Under the pieces are notes generated by a model. The model saw only the letters and a list, made by a program, of their open reading frames with translations, was not told the origin of the DNA and made no database searches. Positions 23,976-36,162 of a stretch of DNA of 64,000 bases are shown piece by piece. This DNA comes from Octopus sinensis. Its lineage: Eukaryota. Location: positions 87,854,001-87,918,000 of the forward strand of contig NC_043000.1 in the NCBI RefSeq assembly GCF_006345805.1, given 5' to 3'. Positions within the stretch are counted from its first letter, which is position 1, and each line of letters starts with the position of its first letter. A program made the position numbers and the translations under genes.

Positions 23976-25344
23976 GCATAAAATGTTTACACTATAACAT
24001 GTATGATACAGAGGCATTCATGCTTTTCTAATAGTGGCTGAAGTGTATTAATGGGATCCTCTGAATAGTCAAATGAAATGCCAGAAATAGGAGCTATATG
24101 TTCCTCATATCAAACACTAGCATCTTAAGAAAGGAAGTCTACATTGCATACTATAGTCTTAGATATACAAAAAAGACCAAATGGTCTTGTTTGGGACACC
24201 TTTAATCATAAGTCTGCTATATTTTTAATCATAAGTCTGTATGATCAAAACTAACTTGAAATAGACAACAACAATTACAACAAAAGCTTAAAAAAAAAAT
24301 GAAGTGGATCTAAAGAATTGAAACTGGGTCATAAACATAGCCTGCTGAGAATTTACTTTAGTTCTACCATATCTGCAATTCTAACAACAATAATGGTAAT
24401 GGTAGTGGTGATGATGATGGTGGTGGTGATGAGGATGTTGGTGGTGGTGGTGGTGATGATGATAATGATGGTGATTGTGATGATGACAAAGAAGGCGGTG
24501 AAGATGACGATGATGATAAAACACTAACAACAATAAAATCTCTATGGAAATCGCATAAGACAGAGGAAAGAAAATCAAATAACAAAATTTTTTTTTAATG
24601 TTTCTCTTTTACATTCTTAATGGGAAGATGGGGAAAAAAAAACAAAGCAGAAACAGAACTGAAGTTGTGCAAACTGGTTAAGAAAAATAAAGTCAGAATT
24701 TTAAAATAATCAAAACTGTTAAAAAAAAAACATAAAACAAAAACATCTTTGCATTGGATGTGCTAAGAATTGATTTGAATCTATTTTAGTTTTTAAATAT
24801 TAAAAGAATGTCTAATTCATAGAGTAGTGTAAAAGAAAGACTAAAAAAAAAAAAAACTTCTCAAAAACATGTTAATACCAAAGCTGGTATGTTAGTCAAC
24901 TTGCAAGGTTTTGATATAGCAAGCATTCAAAAATAAAACAAACCAGTTTGTGTTCATTAATTCAAATCAATTAATGAATTAAAGATTAATTAATGAACAT
25001 TTGACTAACTAATTTCCTTTATAGACACACATTTGGTACATGTACACACATATACTTGACAAGCACATACACACACACTTGGTTCATGTACACACACATG
25101 CACACACAAGGCAAACATATAAAAATACACGCACACATGGACAGACTTGAAAACAAACAAATTAATATTCACTAACTTTTATTTCTGTAGATTATGGCCC
25201 CACAGTTTCCAATTCATACAATTCTTATTCCTGAAGGCCTCTAGTCAATATTGAACACTGTATTGGTAAATTAGTAGAACAATAGATAAGCTGTCTGGTG
25301 GTTTTTAGATGATTACACTCATGTTCTGAGTTCTAAGCAAAATA

Positions 25345-25645
25345 TTAATTGAATACACTTAAGCTCAGTTCTAGGCACAATTTTAATTGAATACATCTAG
25401 GCTCAGTTCTAAGCTCAGTTTTAATCAAATACGTTTAGGCTCAGTTCTCAACACAATTTTAATTGAATGCATTTAGGCTCAGTTTGAAGGTCAATTTTTA
25501 TTTGAATACATTTAGGCTCAGTTCTAAGCTTAATTTTAAATTAATACATTTAGGTTTTGTGCTCTAAGCTCGATTCTAATTGAATACATTTAGACTCACT
25601 ACGAAGCTCTACATTTAGGCTCTGTGTCCTAAGCTCAGTTTTAAT
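25345..25645. repeat. Minisatellite, ~38-bp unit (ttttaattgaatacatttaggctcagttctaagctc), ~8 degenerate copies
   Basis: Recurrent aattgaatacatttaggctcagtt at regular spacing. Confidence 0.8.
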
Positions 25646-28629
25646 TTCTTCTTCCAGACTTGATAAGATAAAGTACTAACCAAGACAAATATTGATATAA
25701 TCAACTAATAAAGTGCTAACCGAAAACAAGCATTTATATAGATTTGAAGTCTTGTATAGTCATTTGTTTGTTTCATTTAATATCCATTTTCCTTTCTGGA
25801 ATAGTTGGAAGTGAATTTTGAGGCAGGGATTTTACAGTCAAAAGAATGTTCCATAATCAACTCTTATGTGTTACTGAGAGTGTAAAGAGAGTAGATGATT
25901 GTATAGACAAGAACTGTCAATACACATCACCAGTTTCACCCAATCAGAAATGATGTCACTGATCATATGCATAGCTCAATTGAGTTTTGGAGGAGACATT
26001 TATCCAAGGTCCATGCAGTGGGACGGAACCTAAAGTCATGTAGTTAAGAGGCAAGCTTTTTAACTACATAGCCATGCCCATGTTTGTATTTATATTAAAA
26101 ATCAATACTGAGCCAGTTGTGTGTTCAATCACTGAGCCATTTTCTCTGTGATGTCTCTTGTTCTGATGACTTCTGTTCTAGTAGATGTTCAGTGATTCAT
26201 ATACAGATAAGACACTATGAAATGGAAATTCTTTAAATTACTTAATAGATCATTGAGTCTCTACTGAAAATGTCATTGTTCTTAGTCCCAGATCAGCTAT
26301 GCTTGAAAAGTCTTATGATCAAAGGCTTTTCAGCTATAATGATTTCATCGTCTTTTTTCAGGCATAGTGCATCTAAGACTACATTATTTAAGATTTCATT
26401 TACTTTTTTTTTAAAGACTACGGTAGGATTTCAGGAAGGTTTGGTTGCTGTTTTTATCAAGCTGAGCAGTTGTAGAAGTATTCTTATTGATTCATTCTAA
26501 TTTACCCAAAGATTCTGGCACACAAGAGAAAGACAAATGATGCCCAGTTACCATCACTGCAATGTAAGTAATGACTGGGTAGTAGCTTCTCAGAGCTAAA
26601 GAAATTTTGAACTACTAACAAAAAGATAAATTCTCTTGATGCCATCACCAGCATATTCAATACAAAGAGAAAAAACAACCCTATGTGAGAGTTTTTAAGA
26701 AGCCTCCAAATACATTCCTGTTTACCTTTAAAGGAAGAATCACACATTTATATTCTACATACAAATGTTAGCTCAGTACATCTTACAATAATTAATAACT
26801 GAATGATTCTGCAATTCATTAACCCTTTCATTATCATATTTCTAATGAAAGACACTGCCTTTATTTCAATTAATTTTTGGCAACAATGAAGAATTTAGTA
26901 AAATTACTATGTCATTATTAAAACCTAAGCTTGAAATAATGAATTAACATGAAATTTTAAACAACCAAGGGGTGGTATCAAGAGTTAAACGCTGTATAAT
27001 AAATAAAGCAAGCAATGCCAAACAGATTGTAGTAGCTCCTTCCCATCATCAACAAGAACAGCAACATCAACGCTAACATACTGAACACAGAGAGCTTCCA
27101 AGATTTATTAAAATCCAATTAATTGAAGGGTTGCTTGTTGCAGAGAGATCCCTTCACTTAACATTTGCTTATGACATATTTGAATTCTTTTAATGATATC
27201 AGTCACTAAGCTCTGACCATTCTGGGGCACTGATCTATTCCAGTACATGGTTGGTATCTATTTAAAAGACTTCATAAGAGTCAAAGGCAAAATTAACCTG
27301 GGAAGAATTTGAACTCAAAATGAGATGAAAATCACACACAAAGTATTTTATTTAACTCTCAATGGATTGTAGCATCCACTTTACAGGATACTTAGAACAT
27401 TTAACAAAGTCTCACATTAAAGAAAGAACATTATGACATTTAATTATTGTTTCATTCTCTTTGTTATTGGCTGGTATTTTGATAAACTTTTGTTCTGTTA
27501 CAATTTGAGAAAAAAATGAATAAAAAAACCAAGCTATTTGTTCTGTATTGAATAAAAACCACACTGAGAAATAACGAAGAAATTAAAAGTCAATCATAAT
27601 GAAGAAATTAAGTCAGTTATAATTAGGCAAAATTTTGTGATGTAGGGAGAGGCAATTGTTGACCCTGAATAATAATTTGGAAAGGTCAATAAAATCTTCA
27701 ACCCCAAACTAATTTGAATATGCATTAGGCTTCATTATGAAGACTAATTCAAAACTGAAATTCAAATCTTCTTTAGGAATAAAGAATAACAGTCAAAGAG
27801 AGTGTAGAAAGTGAAGCAAAATACCTCATAGTAATTGGCTCCATCTTGCTAAAACTCCAGTTTCAAACCCTGCAGATGTTAACAGTGTTTTTCATTTTCT
27901 AGTGGCTGCTAAAATTACAACCAGTAATATAACTAGCTCACTTCAGCTGCTTGTATTCCTAACAAAAATGATCTTATGCTTTAAATAAATCAATGTCATA
28001 ATTTAATGTCCACACTTGCATGGGTCAGATAAAACTTGTTGAGGCAGATTTTCTATGGCTTGATACCTACCTTGTTACCAAACCATGACTGTTTCCAAGC
28101 AACCTAATTTACCCCATGATCAAGCATGTTTTTTTTTTATGGAAGACTGGAAACAAACAACATTGCTTGTATGATGATGATGCTCATTTATAACCACCAT
28201 GCGATGTTAGGACAAGGGTATACACAAAACATACATTCACACACAACAGGCTTCTTTCACTTTGTCTACCAAATTAACTCTCAAGACTTTGGCTGACTTG
28301 GGGCCATAGCAGAAGACACTTACCCAAGGTGCCATGCAGTGGGACTGAACTTCAGACCACATAGTTGGGAAGTGAACTACTTAACCACACCTGCACCTAT
28401 GTATCTATGAGTTAACTCTAGTTTTTGTACAATTAAGCAGATGCAAAACTAACCCTTTACAGGTAAATTTCAAAAACCTGGCACCAATTCAGGAATGACA
28501 ATAAAGCTGCAATAATAAAGAATTGTTCAGAATAAAATCCAAATTGCAGATCTGATCAAAAGTCGTGATGTAGCTTTAATTCTTCAGGATTTGGCAAAAT
28601 TTGAAATCAGAACCTAAACATGCAACTAA

Positions 28630-29330
28630 ATATCACAGAGCATTTTCTCCAATACTTTAGACAGCATATCTCAGCTTGTAAGTCAAGAGATGGTAGGCTA
28701 TCATCACATACCACAATCTACTTAGACAGCACATGTAGGCTATGAGATGGTAATTTACCATCTTAGACAGCAATCCTGAGCTTGTGAGTCATGAGCTGCT
28801 AGTCTGACACCATGCACAGTTGATGTGAGTCATGAAGTAGCAGTCTACTATGTTAGACTGTAGGTATAATCTTGAGGGTGTTGAGCTGGCAATCTAATAA
28901 TCCAGACAATATATACGAGCTGTGAGTAGTCAGTGTGCTGCACAGCAAATTCGAGTGTTTGAACCATTAGCTGTTAACCCTTAGATAGAAGACTGGTACT
29001 TTGACCACAATACTTTGTGAACTTTGAGAATAGATACAATCCATCTAGCTAAACATTTTAGTAGATGTAAGCCACAAGTTAGCAGGCTGAATTCAGATAC
29101 ATTGAAATTTGTGAATCAAGAGCTGTCTGTGAATACTTCTGATAGAAAATGAAGCATAAGCTGGAAGCCCAATACCTTAGGCAGTAGATCTGACCTTATG
29201 AACTATGGGCTGGCAGTTTAATACCTTAGACAAAAGAGAGAGTTCCAGAAGTTCAACACTTTAGACAAGTAGATGTGAGACCTAGACAGAAGATGTGATA
29301 CTCAAGTAGTTTACCTCTGCTTAGAGAAAA
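28630..29330. repeat. Ancient, highly degenerate minisatellite (~45-50-bp period; ttagacag / gtgagtca / gagctg cores)
   Basis: Repeated ttagaca(g) and tgtgagtc/tgagctg words at roughly regular spacing. Confidence 0.55.
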
Positions 29331-29391
29331 AGAAAAATTAATAATTTATCAGAGGTTGGGGATTTGCAATAAAACTCCAAAAGGTACTTAC

Positions 29392-29484
29392 TTCAATCAT
29401 TGCAACAAAAAGACGGTCTATAAATGAAACCCACGTATGAGGCATTAGCAGACAGCGGTGCCATTCTGAAGGTTGAACTGGGAC
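29392..29484 (-). CDS. FOCAD: Focadhesin-like gene, coding exon D (93 nt, phase 0->0): VPVQPSEWHRCLLMPHTWVSFIDRLFVAMIE
   Basis: Acceptor aatttcag|GTC, donor GAA|gtaagt. The SEWHR and P-x-x-W motifs match recalled FOCAD 'VHIQLSEWHRAIFLPQAW'. Not shown in this frame in the ORF track. Confidence 0.9.
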
Positions 29485-30197
29485 CTGAAATTTTGTGAAA
29501 CAGAAGAGAATTTATGAGAACAATGAAAGCCAGGTATCTATAAACATGCAATAGTAAATTATAGTGGAGGTATATCTTTGTCATTCAACATTCAGGAGTC
29601 AGTTGTTTGATCAAGTGAATTACCTGCTCCAAAATTCCATAGACACATACATCATCATCATTATTATTTAATGTCTGTTTTCCATACTGGCATGGGTTGG
29701 ATGGCTTGACAGGAACTGGTAAAGCCAGGATCTGCACTAGGTTTTATAATTTGTTTTTGTTTGATTTCTATGGCTTGATGTCCTTCCTAACACCAACCAC
29801 TTTACTGAGGGTAGTGAGTGCTTTTTACATGGCATCATCACCAATGCATTTTATGTGACACCAGCATTCACAGCAATGGTTTGGTGTGGCACTTTGGTTT
29901 TAGTGCCTAACTTTGGTTTTGGGATCTCAAAATTCTCAGGCATAGTATGTGACAAAGCTGCATCTTTAAATTACTGATGGGCTTCTAAGCAGTTTCTGTC
30001 TATTCAGTTTTCCTCATAGGGTACAAGTCAACCCAAGGCTATAGAAAATGACATTTGCTCAAGATGCCATGCTGTAGGACTAAACACAAGGCCTTGTAGT
30101 TGCAAAACAAACTCCTAAACCATTTGGCCACACTGCATCTACAGTGAATTATAATACCCATCAAAATAAAATCAATCAAAATCAATAATATAGGTAC

Positions 30198-30313
30198 CTC
30201 ATGAAGTAACGTACTGAACATCTGCTGGAAATTTTTGCTTCGGCTCAGTATTTTATGAGGCTTTGGTGCTTTGTTTTGTTCAGCCGGTAGGTTATAAGCA
30301 AAGAGCAGGCCAG
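30198..30313 (-). CDS. FOCAD: Focadhesin-like gene, coding exon C (116 nt, phase 1->0): AGLLFAYNLPAEQNKAPKPHKILSRSKNFQQMFSTLLHE
   Basis: Acceptor tatttccag|CT, donor GAG|gtacct. The only open frame is the one required by exon B. Aligns with recalled FOCAD 'GGMLFCYD...RGRSFKQTSLALVHE'. Confidence 0.88.
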
Positions 30314-30710
30314 CTGGAAATAAATCATGAAAATAATATAAGTCAAATAAAATAAATGAAGCAATTGAATAGTTAATATAAGAACATAAGTGATGGTGAT
30401 AGAAAGGAAGAAATGAGACATACTTTTAACTTTAACACTATAAATTCCCTGTTTAATTCTGGTAAATTCTTGTTTAACTTTATTTATTGTTTCTCTGTCA
30501 TTAATAGAACTAGCTTCACACCTTCCCCCACATTAATGCTCTGTGCCAATGTAAGAAATCAATAATTTAATTAGTGACAGACTAAATAACAACAGCAACA
30601 ACAACAACAATGATAATCCTTTCTACAATAGGCTCAAGGGCTGAAATTTTGAGGGATGGGTACTGGTTGATTACATCAACCCAAGTATTTGACCGGAACT
30701 TATATTATTG

Positions 30711-30962
30711 TGGAGGCATGTGGCTTAGTGGTTAGGGTGTCAGCATCATGATAGTAAGATTGTGGTTTCGATTCCTGGACCGGGTGACATGTTGTCTTCT
30801 TGAGCAAAACACTTCATTTCACATTGCTCCAGTCCACTCAGCTGGCAAAAATGAGTAACGCTGTGTTGGACTGGTGTCCTGTCCAGTTGGGGAACACATA
30901 CACCATAGAAACCAGGAAACCGGGCCCATGAGCCTGGCTAGGCTTTAAAAGGGCGCATTTAT
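30711..30962 (+). mobile_element. Full-length tRNA-derived SINE followed by (TAA)n
   Basis: A box tggcttagtgg, B box gtttcgattcc, body cttgagcaaaacacttcatttcacattgctccagtccactcagctg. Confidence 0.8.
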
Positions 30963-31060
30963 TATTATTTATATCATTGATCCTGAAAGGCAAAGTGAAC
31001 TTCACCAACTTTTGCTCAAAACATAAACATGAATGAAGTGTTTTGTTGAGTGTAGAAACA

Positions 31061-31121
<61 letters not shown>

Positions 31122-31345
31122 CCTTTCTACTAAAGGCAGAAGGCCTGAAATTTGAGAGAGGGGGATAATAGATTACATTGACATCAGTGCTCATCTGGTA
31201 CTTATTTTATCAACCTCAAAAGGATGAAAGGTAAGGTCGACCCCAGTGGCATTTGAACTCAGAATGTAAAGGCAGGTGAAATACCTCTAAGTATTTTGCC
31301 CAGCTTGATAATAATTCTGCTAGCTCTCTGTAGTAGTAGTAGTAA

Positions 31346-31383
<38 letters not shown>

Positions 31384-32944
31384 ATAATAATAATAATAAT
31401 ACATCTTTGTTATAATGTTTAGATTTTTAGTCTCATATGAGTCAAGCAAGGTTACATTAGAGCAGAGTTTTCTGTGACTGGATTCTCTTACTGTTACCAA
31501 CATCTAACTGTTTTAAAGTGAAATAATAAATTTCTAGTTTATCAAACAACAAACAACCTGGACATGGTTACATGGAGAACTGGATATAAATGATATTGCA
31601 AATAAAGTCATTGCTTACGAACAAATGTAAACACATGAATATGCAGGAAATAGGATGCACACATGCTTATATATATACAAGCTTCTTTCAGTTTTCATCC
31701 ATCAAATCCACTCACAAAGCAATGGTTGGCCCAGGTATAGTAGAAGACACTTGCTTAAGGTTACATGAAATGGGGTGGGAGGGTGGGTTGCCTGCCTGCC
31801 TGTCTGTCTGTCTGTCTTTCGATCTATCTCTTTTTTCCCAATGATTCACTATATTGGACTGCTGAACACTACATGTTTTTTTCATTCTCTCTCAGTTTTT
31901 TTTTACCTTATATTACTTTCTGTTGAAGAGCATAGGCTCAAAACATAAAAAGATTTATTAATTTTTTCTGAGCGTCAAACTAATACACTTTCTTGCTGTT
32001 CATACACCTGTCTTCATCTTTCGCTTTTCTATAAATTTCAACTATACACATATAAAAAGGAGGAGGAAATATGCTATTTTTATTATACTGCAGATAATTA
32101 ATTCCGGCATATATAATTACAATCAATTGATCTCAAAATACAATGGTGTGTATTGAAAAGTACATTATCACAATCAAATTATTTCAAAATACATTATCAC
32201 ATATTCCAAAATACCATATCATATCCAAAACACATTACTACAATTGAATTATTTCAAGATTTTGTATTCCAAAGTATATTTTTCATATTCAAATTATTTC
32301 AAAATACAATATTAAACAACCAAAAGCTGATAAATACAAAAACACATAATAAAATATTCTAAAATATATAATTACAAAATGGTTTTACTTCTGTGTAGAC
32401 ACTATTCATTGCAATGTACATGTGTGATGAAAATAAAAAGAAACAAAACAATGTTAACCTTTCATCATCCAGATTACTGTATCAAATACGATGATTATTT
32501 ATTATGTGTTACCTCGTAGTTTTGAGATTTTCCTCATGTGAGTTTTTATTTTTAGAATAACATAGTAGGAGAGGTGTGAAATGCCAGATCTGGCAAGTTT
32601 GAATACAAAACAAGTAGAATTTTTTGGCCTGATATGGTCAGTTTAAATCCTAAAAGGTTAATTGATGATGATGATACCTATTGTTATTATTATTATAATT
32701 ATTAATAAGGTGGTAAGCTGGCAGAATCATTAGCATACTGGGCAAAATGCTTAATGGCATTTTGTCTGTCTTTACATTCTGAGTTCTGATTAAGCTGAGA
32801 TCAACTTTGCCTTTCATCCCTTTGACATTGATGAATTAAGTACCAGTGAAAGGCTGGGGATGATGTAATTGACTAGTTCCATCCCCCAAAATTTCGGGCC
32901 TAGTGCCTTTAGTAGAAAGGATTATTATTATTATTATTATTATT

Positions 32945-34042
32945 GGTTGAGAGAGCAGCGCATGCCATCAAAGTGACTGTGGGGTAAAATATACAAGGCT
33001 GATAAGGGTACACCAGGCACATGCATCACAACCATATGTGTGTGACATGGTGATCTCATATCAAAATAAACTGTGCATGACCTTGCAGGTAGGGCCCAGT
33101 TAGAATTTTCTTGAGATCGAGTAACCTATCCTGCTCAAATGGTTCTTGAATAAGGGTTGTTTAAAGATGTTGAACAAAATACCCATGTTTCCAGAGGTGA
33201 ACTATTCAAACCCCAAAGAGTTCCTCTCAACATATGGCTATGATGATGCTCCCCCATACTTCTGTTCATGATCAGAGATGCACATATTGTCAACCACTAA
33301 GGGGTATGCTCAACTGGTTAAGGTCAAACAAATGACAAGCAAATCTGTGGTATTGAGCAGAATATTTTCTGTAGCCCATCCTTTACCCCTAAATAAAACA
33401 TGTACATGATAACACTTTCAGTCAGTTAAGATCAGAAGCTATGAGAGCCACTGCCTGGTACTTCGTCAGGGTATTTATTATTATTATTGAGTGAGAGAGC
33501 AGTTCATGCCATCAAAGTGACACTGGGGTAAAATATACGAAGCCCGATATACCCATCATGACTACCCGTCTGATAAAGGTACACCAGGCACATGCATCAC
33601 AACCATATGTGCGCGACATGGTAATCTCATATCAAGATAAACAGCACATGACCTTGCAGGTGGGGCCCAGTTAGAATTTTCTTCAGGTTGAGTAGCCCAT
33701 CCCGCTCAAACGGTCCCTGAATAAGGGTTGTTTAAGGATGTTGAAAGAACCACCCATGTTTCCAGAGGTGAACTATTCAAACCCCAAAGAATCCCTCTCA
33801 ACACATGGCTATGATGCTCCCCCACTACTTCTGCTCGTGGTCAGAGATGCACATATCGTCAGCCACTAAGGGACATGCTCAACTGGTTACGGTCAAACAA
33901 CTGACAAGCAAATCTGTGGTATTGAGCAGAATATTTTCTGTAGCCCATCTTTTATACCAAGACAAAACAATGTACTTGATAACACTTCCAATCAGTTAAG
34001 ATCAGTAGCCATGAGAGCCACTGCCTGGTACTGCATCAGGGC

Positions 34043-34046
<4 letters not shown>
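32945..34046 (-). mobile_element. Two head-to-tail, mutually diverged copies of the ~560-bp (TAA)n-flanked repeat (32945-33476, 33488-34046)
   Basis: Same ends and internal order; separated and flanked by (TTA)n; many substitutions between copies. Confidence 0.8.
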
Positions 34047-34081
<35 letters not shown>

Positions 34082-34367
34082 CATTCCACAAGGCAAAGAA
34101 AGGCTATAAGAAAGATCAGGTTGAACGGGTATAGATCAGCTAATTCCTCTTATAGCCTTTCTTTACCTTATGAAATGACCCCCTGCAAAGATATCAGAGC
34201 CTAAGATTGAATCTGAATCTTTTGAGCACTACTGTCTTCTATATGGAGAATATCTGAATCTCATCTGTGAACTATATATATATAGATGATGGGCTTCTTT
34301 CAGTTTCCATCTACCAAATCCACTCACAAGGCTTTGGCTAGCCCAAGGCTATAGTAGAAGACACTCG

Positions 34368-34403
<36 letters not shown>

Positions 34404-34420
34404 ATAAAACGGTAAGATAA

Positions 34421-35842
34421 CAAAAAGCTATTAAGAATAAGAAAAAAGCGAGGTTTACACAATTCGATATTGTTGATTTTTATGCTTCTATCTCTAAAGA
34501 ACTGCTAGATAAAGCCCTCATCTTCGCTAGTGACTTCATAGAAATTAGTACCAATGATAAGGTAATAATCTTCCATGCTAGAAAGACCTTACTTTTCAGT
34601 GAGGACGCAAAGTGGGTAAAAAACACTGACACAGAGGGCGCTTTCGATGTGAGCATGGGTTCATATGATGGGGCAGGCATCTGTGATCTAATTGGACTTT
34701 TTCTCCTAGATACCTTAAGTAAGACATTCCCTAACGTACATTTCGCCATCTACAAAGATGATGCCCTCGCCTTAACAGCTAATACAAATGGACCAGCACA
34801 AGATCGTTTTAGGAAGGATATTATCCAGTTAATGAAGCACTTCGGACTTAGTATAACTATAGATACTAACTTGACGGTTGTCAATTTCTTAGACGTTTCC
34901 TTTGATCTTAATAAGAATATTTATAAGCCTTATAGGAAGCCCAATGATAGACTAAGTTATATTAATGTAGGTTCATGCCATCCCCCTATAGTATTCAAAA
35001 ATTTAGTTAAAAATATTAGTAAGAGGATTTCTAGCCTCTTATCTGATGAGGACATCTTCAATAGCGTTGCCCCAGTTTATAATAAGGCTTTAAAAGATAG
35101 TGGTTTTAGCGATAAAATAAAATATACACCTATCACTAGCCCAACAGTAAAGAAAAGGAATAATAGAAATAGGAAGGTCATCTGGTTTACGCCCCCTTAC
35201 TCACCCGAGGTGGCCTTCAATATAGGTAAATATTTCCTAGCACTGATAGATAGACATTTTCCAGTTAACCATACTTATAGGAAACTCTTCAATAGACACA
35301 ATTTAAAAATTAGTTTTAGTTCAACTACCAATTTTAAAAACATAATCAAACATAACATACAAAAAACACAAGAAGAAAACAGCTGTTCATGCAGGAATAA
35401 AGAATTGTGCCCGCTAAATGGAGCTTGCATGTCCAAGACCATCATATATGAAGCTACCGTAAACTCTATAACCACTAAAGACACCGTTTCAACAAAGAAA
35501 TACGTGGGCCTTACAGAGGGTAATTTCAAGGCCAGGTTCAATAACCACACTTTGAGCTTTAGGCACTGGAACAAAAGAAAAGCGACACAATTGTCTAATC
35601 ATATTTGGTCTTTAAGAGATAAAGGTGTCGATTATAACATACAATGGAAGATTTTGGCCAGATGTAAGCCCTATACTAACGGCAGCGGAAGGTGCGGTCT
35701 ATGCGACATGGAGAGATGGCTTATCTGGAAAAGCAGCTTAGACCCTACTACATGTCTAAATACAAGGACAGAGCTTTTCGGATCATGCCCACATGTGACT
35801 AAGTTTCTGTTACGTTTTTGGTCCCCTAAAGAAAACAGATAG
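34421..35842 (+). CDS. Naiad-type PLE partial ORF (RT core to GIY-YIG), ~473 codons uninterrupted
   Basis: Frame of ORF 34649..35842 read by hand back to the stop at 34418-34420 (QKAIKNKKKARFTQFDIVDFY...). Confidence 0.85.
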   Translation, partial: QKAIKNKKKARFTQFDIVDFYASISKELLDKALIFASDFIEISTNDKVIIFHARKTLLFSEDAKWVKNTDTEGAFDVSMGSYDGAGICDLIGLFLLDTLSKTFPNVHFAIYKDDALALTANTNGPAQDRFRKDIIQLMKHFGLSITIDTNLTVVNFLDVSFDLNKNIYKPYRKPNDRLSYINVGSCHPPIVFKNLVKNISKRISSLLSDEDIFNSVAPVYNKALKDSGFSDKIKYTPITSPTVKKRNNRNRKVIWFTPPYSPEVAFNIGKYFLALIDRHFPVNHTYRKLFNRHNLKISFSSTTNFKNIIKHNIQKTQEENSCSCRNKELCPLNGACMSKTIIYEATVNSITTKDTVSTKKYVGLTEGNFKARFNNHTLSFRHWNKRKATQLSNHIWSLRDKGVDYNIQWKILARCKPYTNGSGRCGLCDMERWLIWKSSLDPTTCLNTRTELFGSCPHVTKFLLRFWSPKENR

Positions 35843-36025
35843 AACATGCTTTCTATGTTATGTCCCAAGAAGAATTTATATATTTTTATATATTTTTTAT
35901 GTATTTTTATATAATTTTTATGACGAAAAATGCGAGCGATGTATAAGTACGCAGGCAAGCAGAGTTATAACAGAGTAATTTCCCTTTATTTAACGGTATT
36001 TTTTCATAACGTTTTCAAATAGCCA

Positions 36026-36086
36026 GATAACCGAAGAGATGGTGTTGTGGATTTCCACTTCGGCATCTGAAACTCAGAGTTTTATC
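36026..36086 (+). ncRNA. Hammerhead-like motif in the Naiad 3' end
   Basis: GATAA-CCGAAGA-GATG..CATC(T)-GAA-ACTC(A)GAGT-T-TTATC: stems I and III pair; U4->C change and an extra T before G12. Confidence 0.55.
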
Positions 36087-36109
36087 TTGACTACCGAGTA
36101 ATGTAACAT

Positions 36110-36152
<43 letters not shown>

Positions 36153-36162
<10 letters not shown>

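Larger units (their letters stand above)
34401..36110 (+). mobile_element. 5'-truncated Naiad/Chlamys-type Penelope-like element between (TA)n tracts
   Basis: FDIVDFY, FDVSMGSYDGA, YKDD RT motifs; CxC-x5-CPL-x-G-x-C linker; IIY..YVG GIY-YIG; C-terminal CxxC..E..CPH. Confidence 0.85.

Noticed and set aside
24318-24585. Poly-His / poly-Met-Val ORFs
   Set aside because: (GAT/GGT)n trinucleotide repeat; no splice signals in phase with the host gene.
26362-26563. Plus-strand pseudo-exon with good AG/GTAAGT signals (similarly 25191-25265)
   Set aside because: Stops in the frames checked, opposite strand to the host gene, no homology recognised.
35380-35800. Selenoprotein-type Naiad (UGA at Zn-ligand Cys)
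   Set aside because: All ligand codons are TGT/TGC and the frame has no in-frame TGA.
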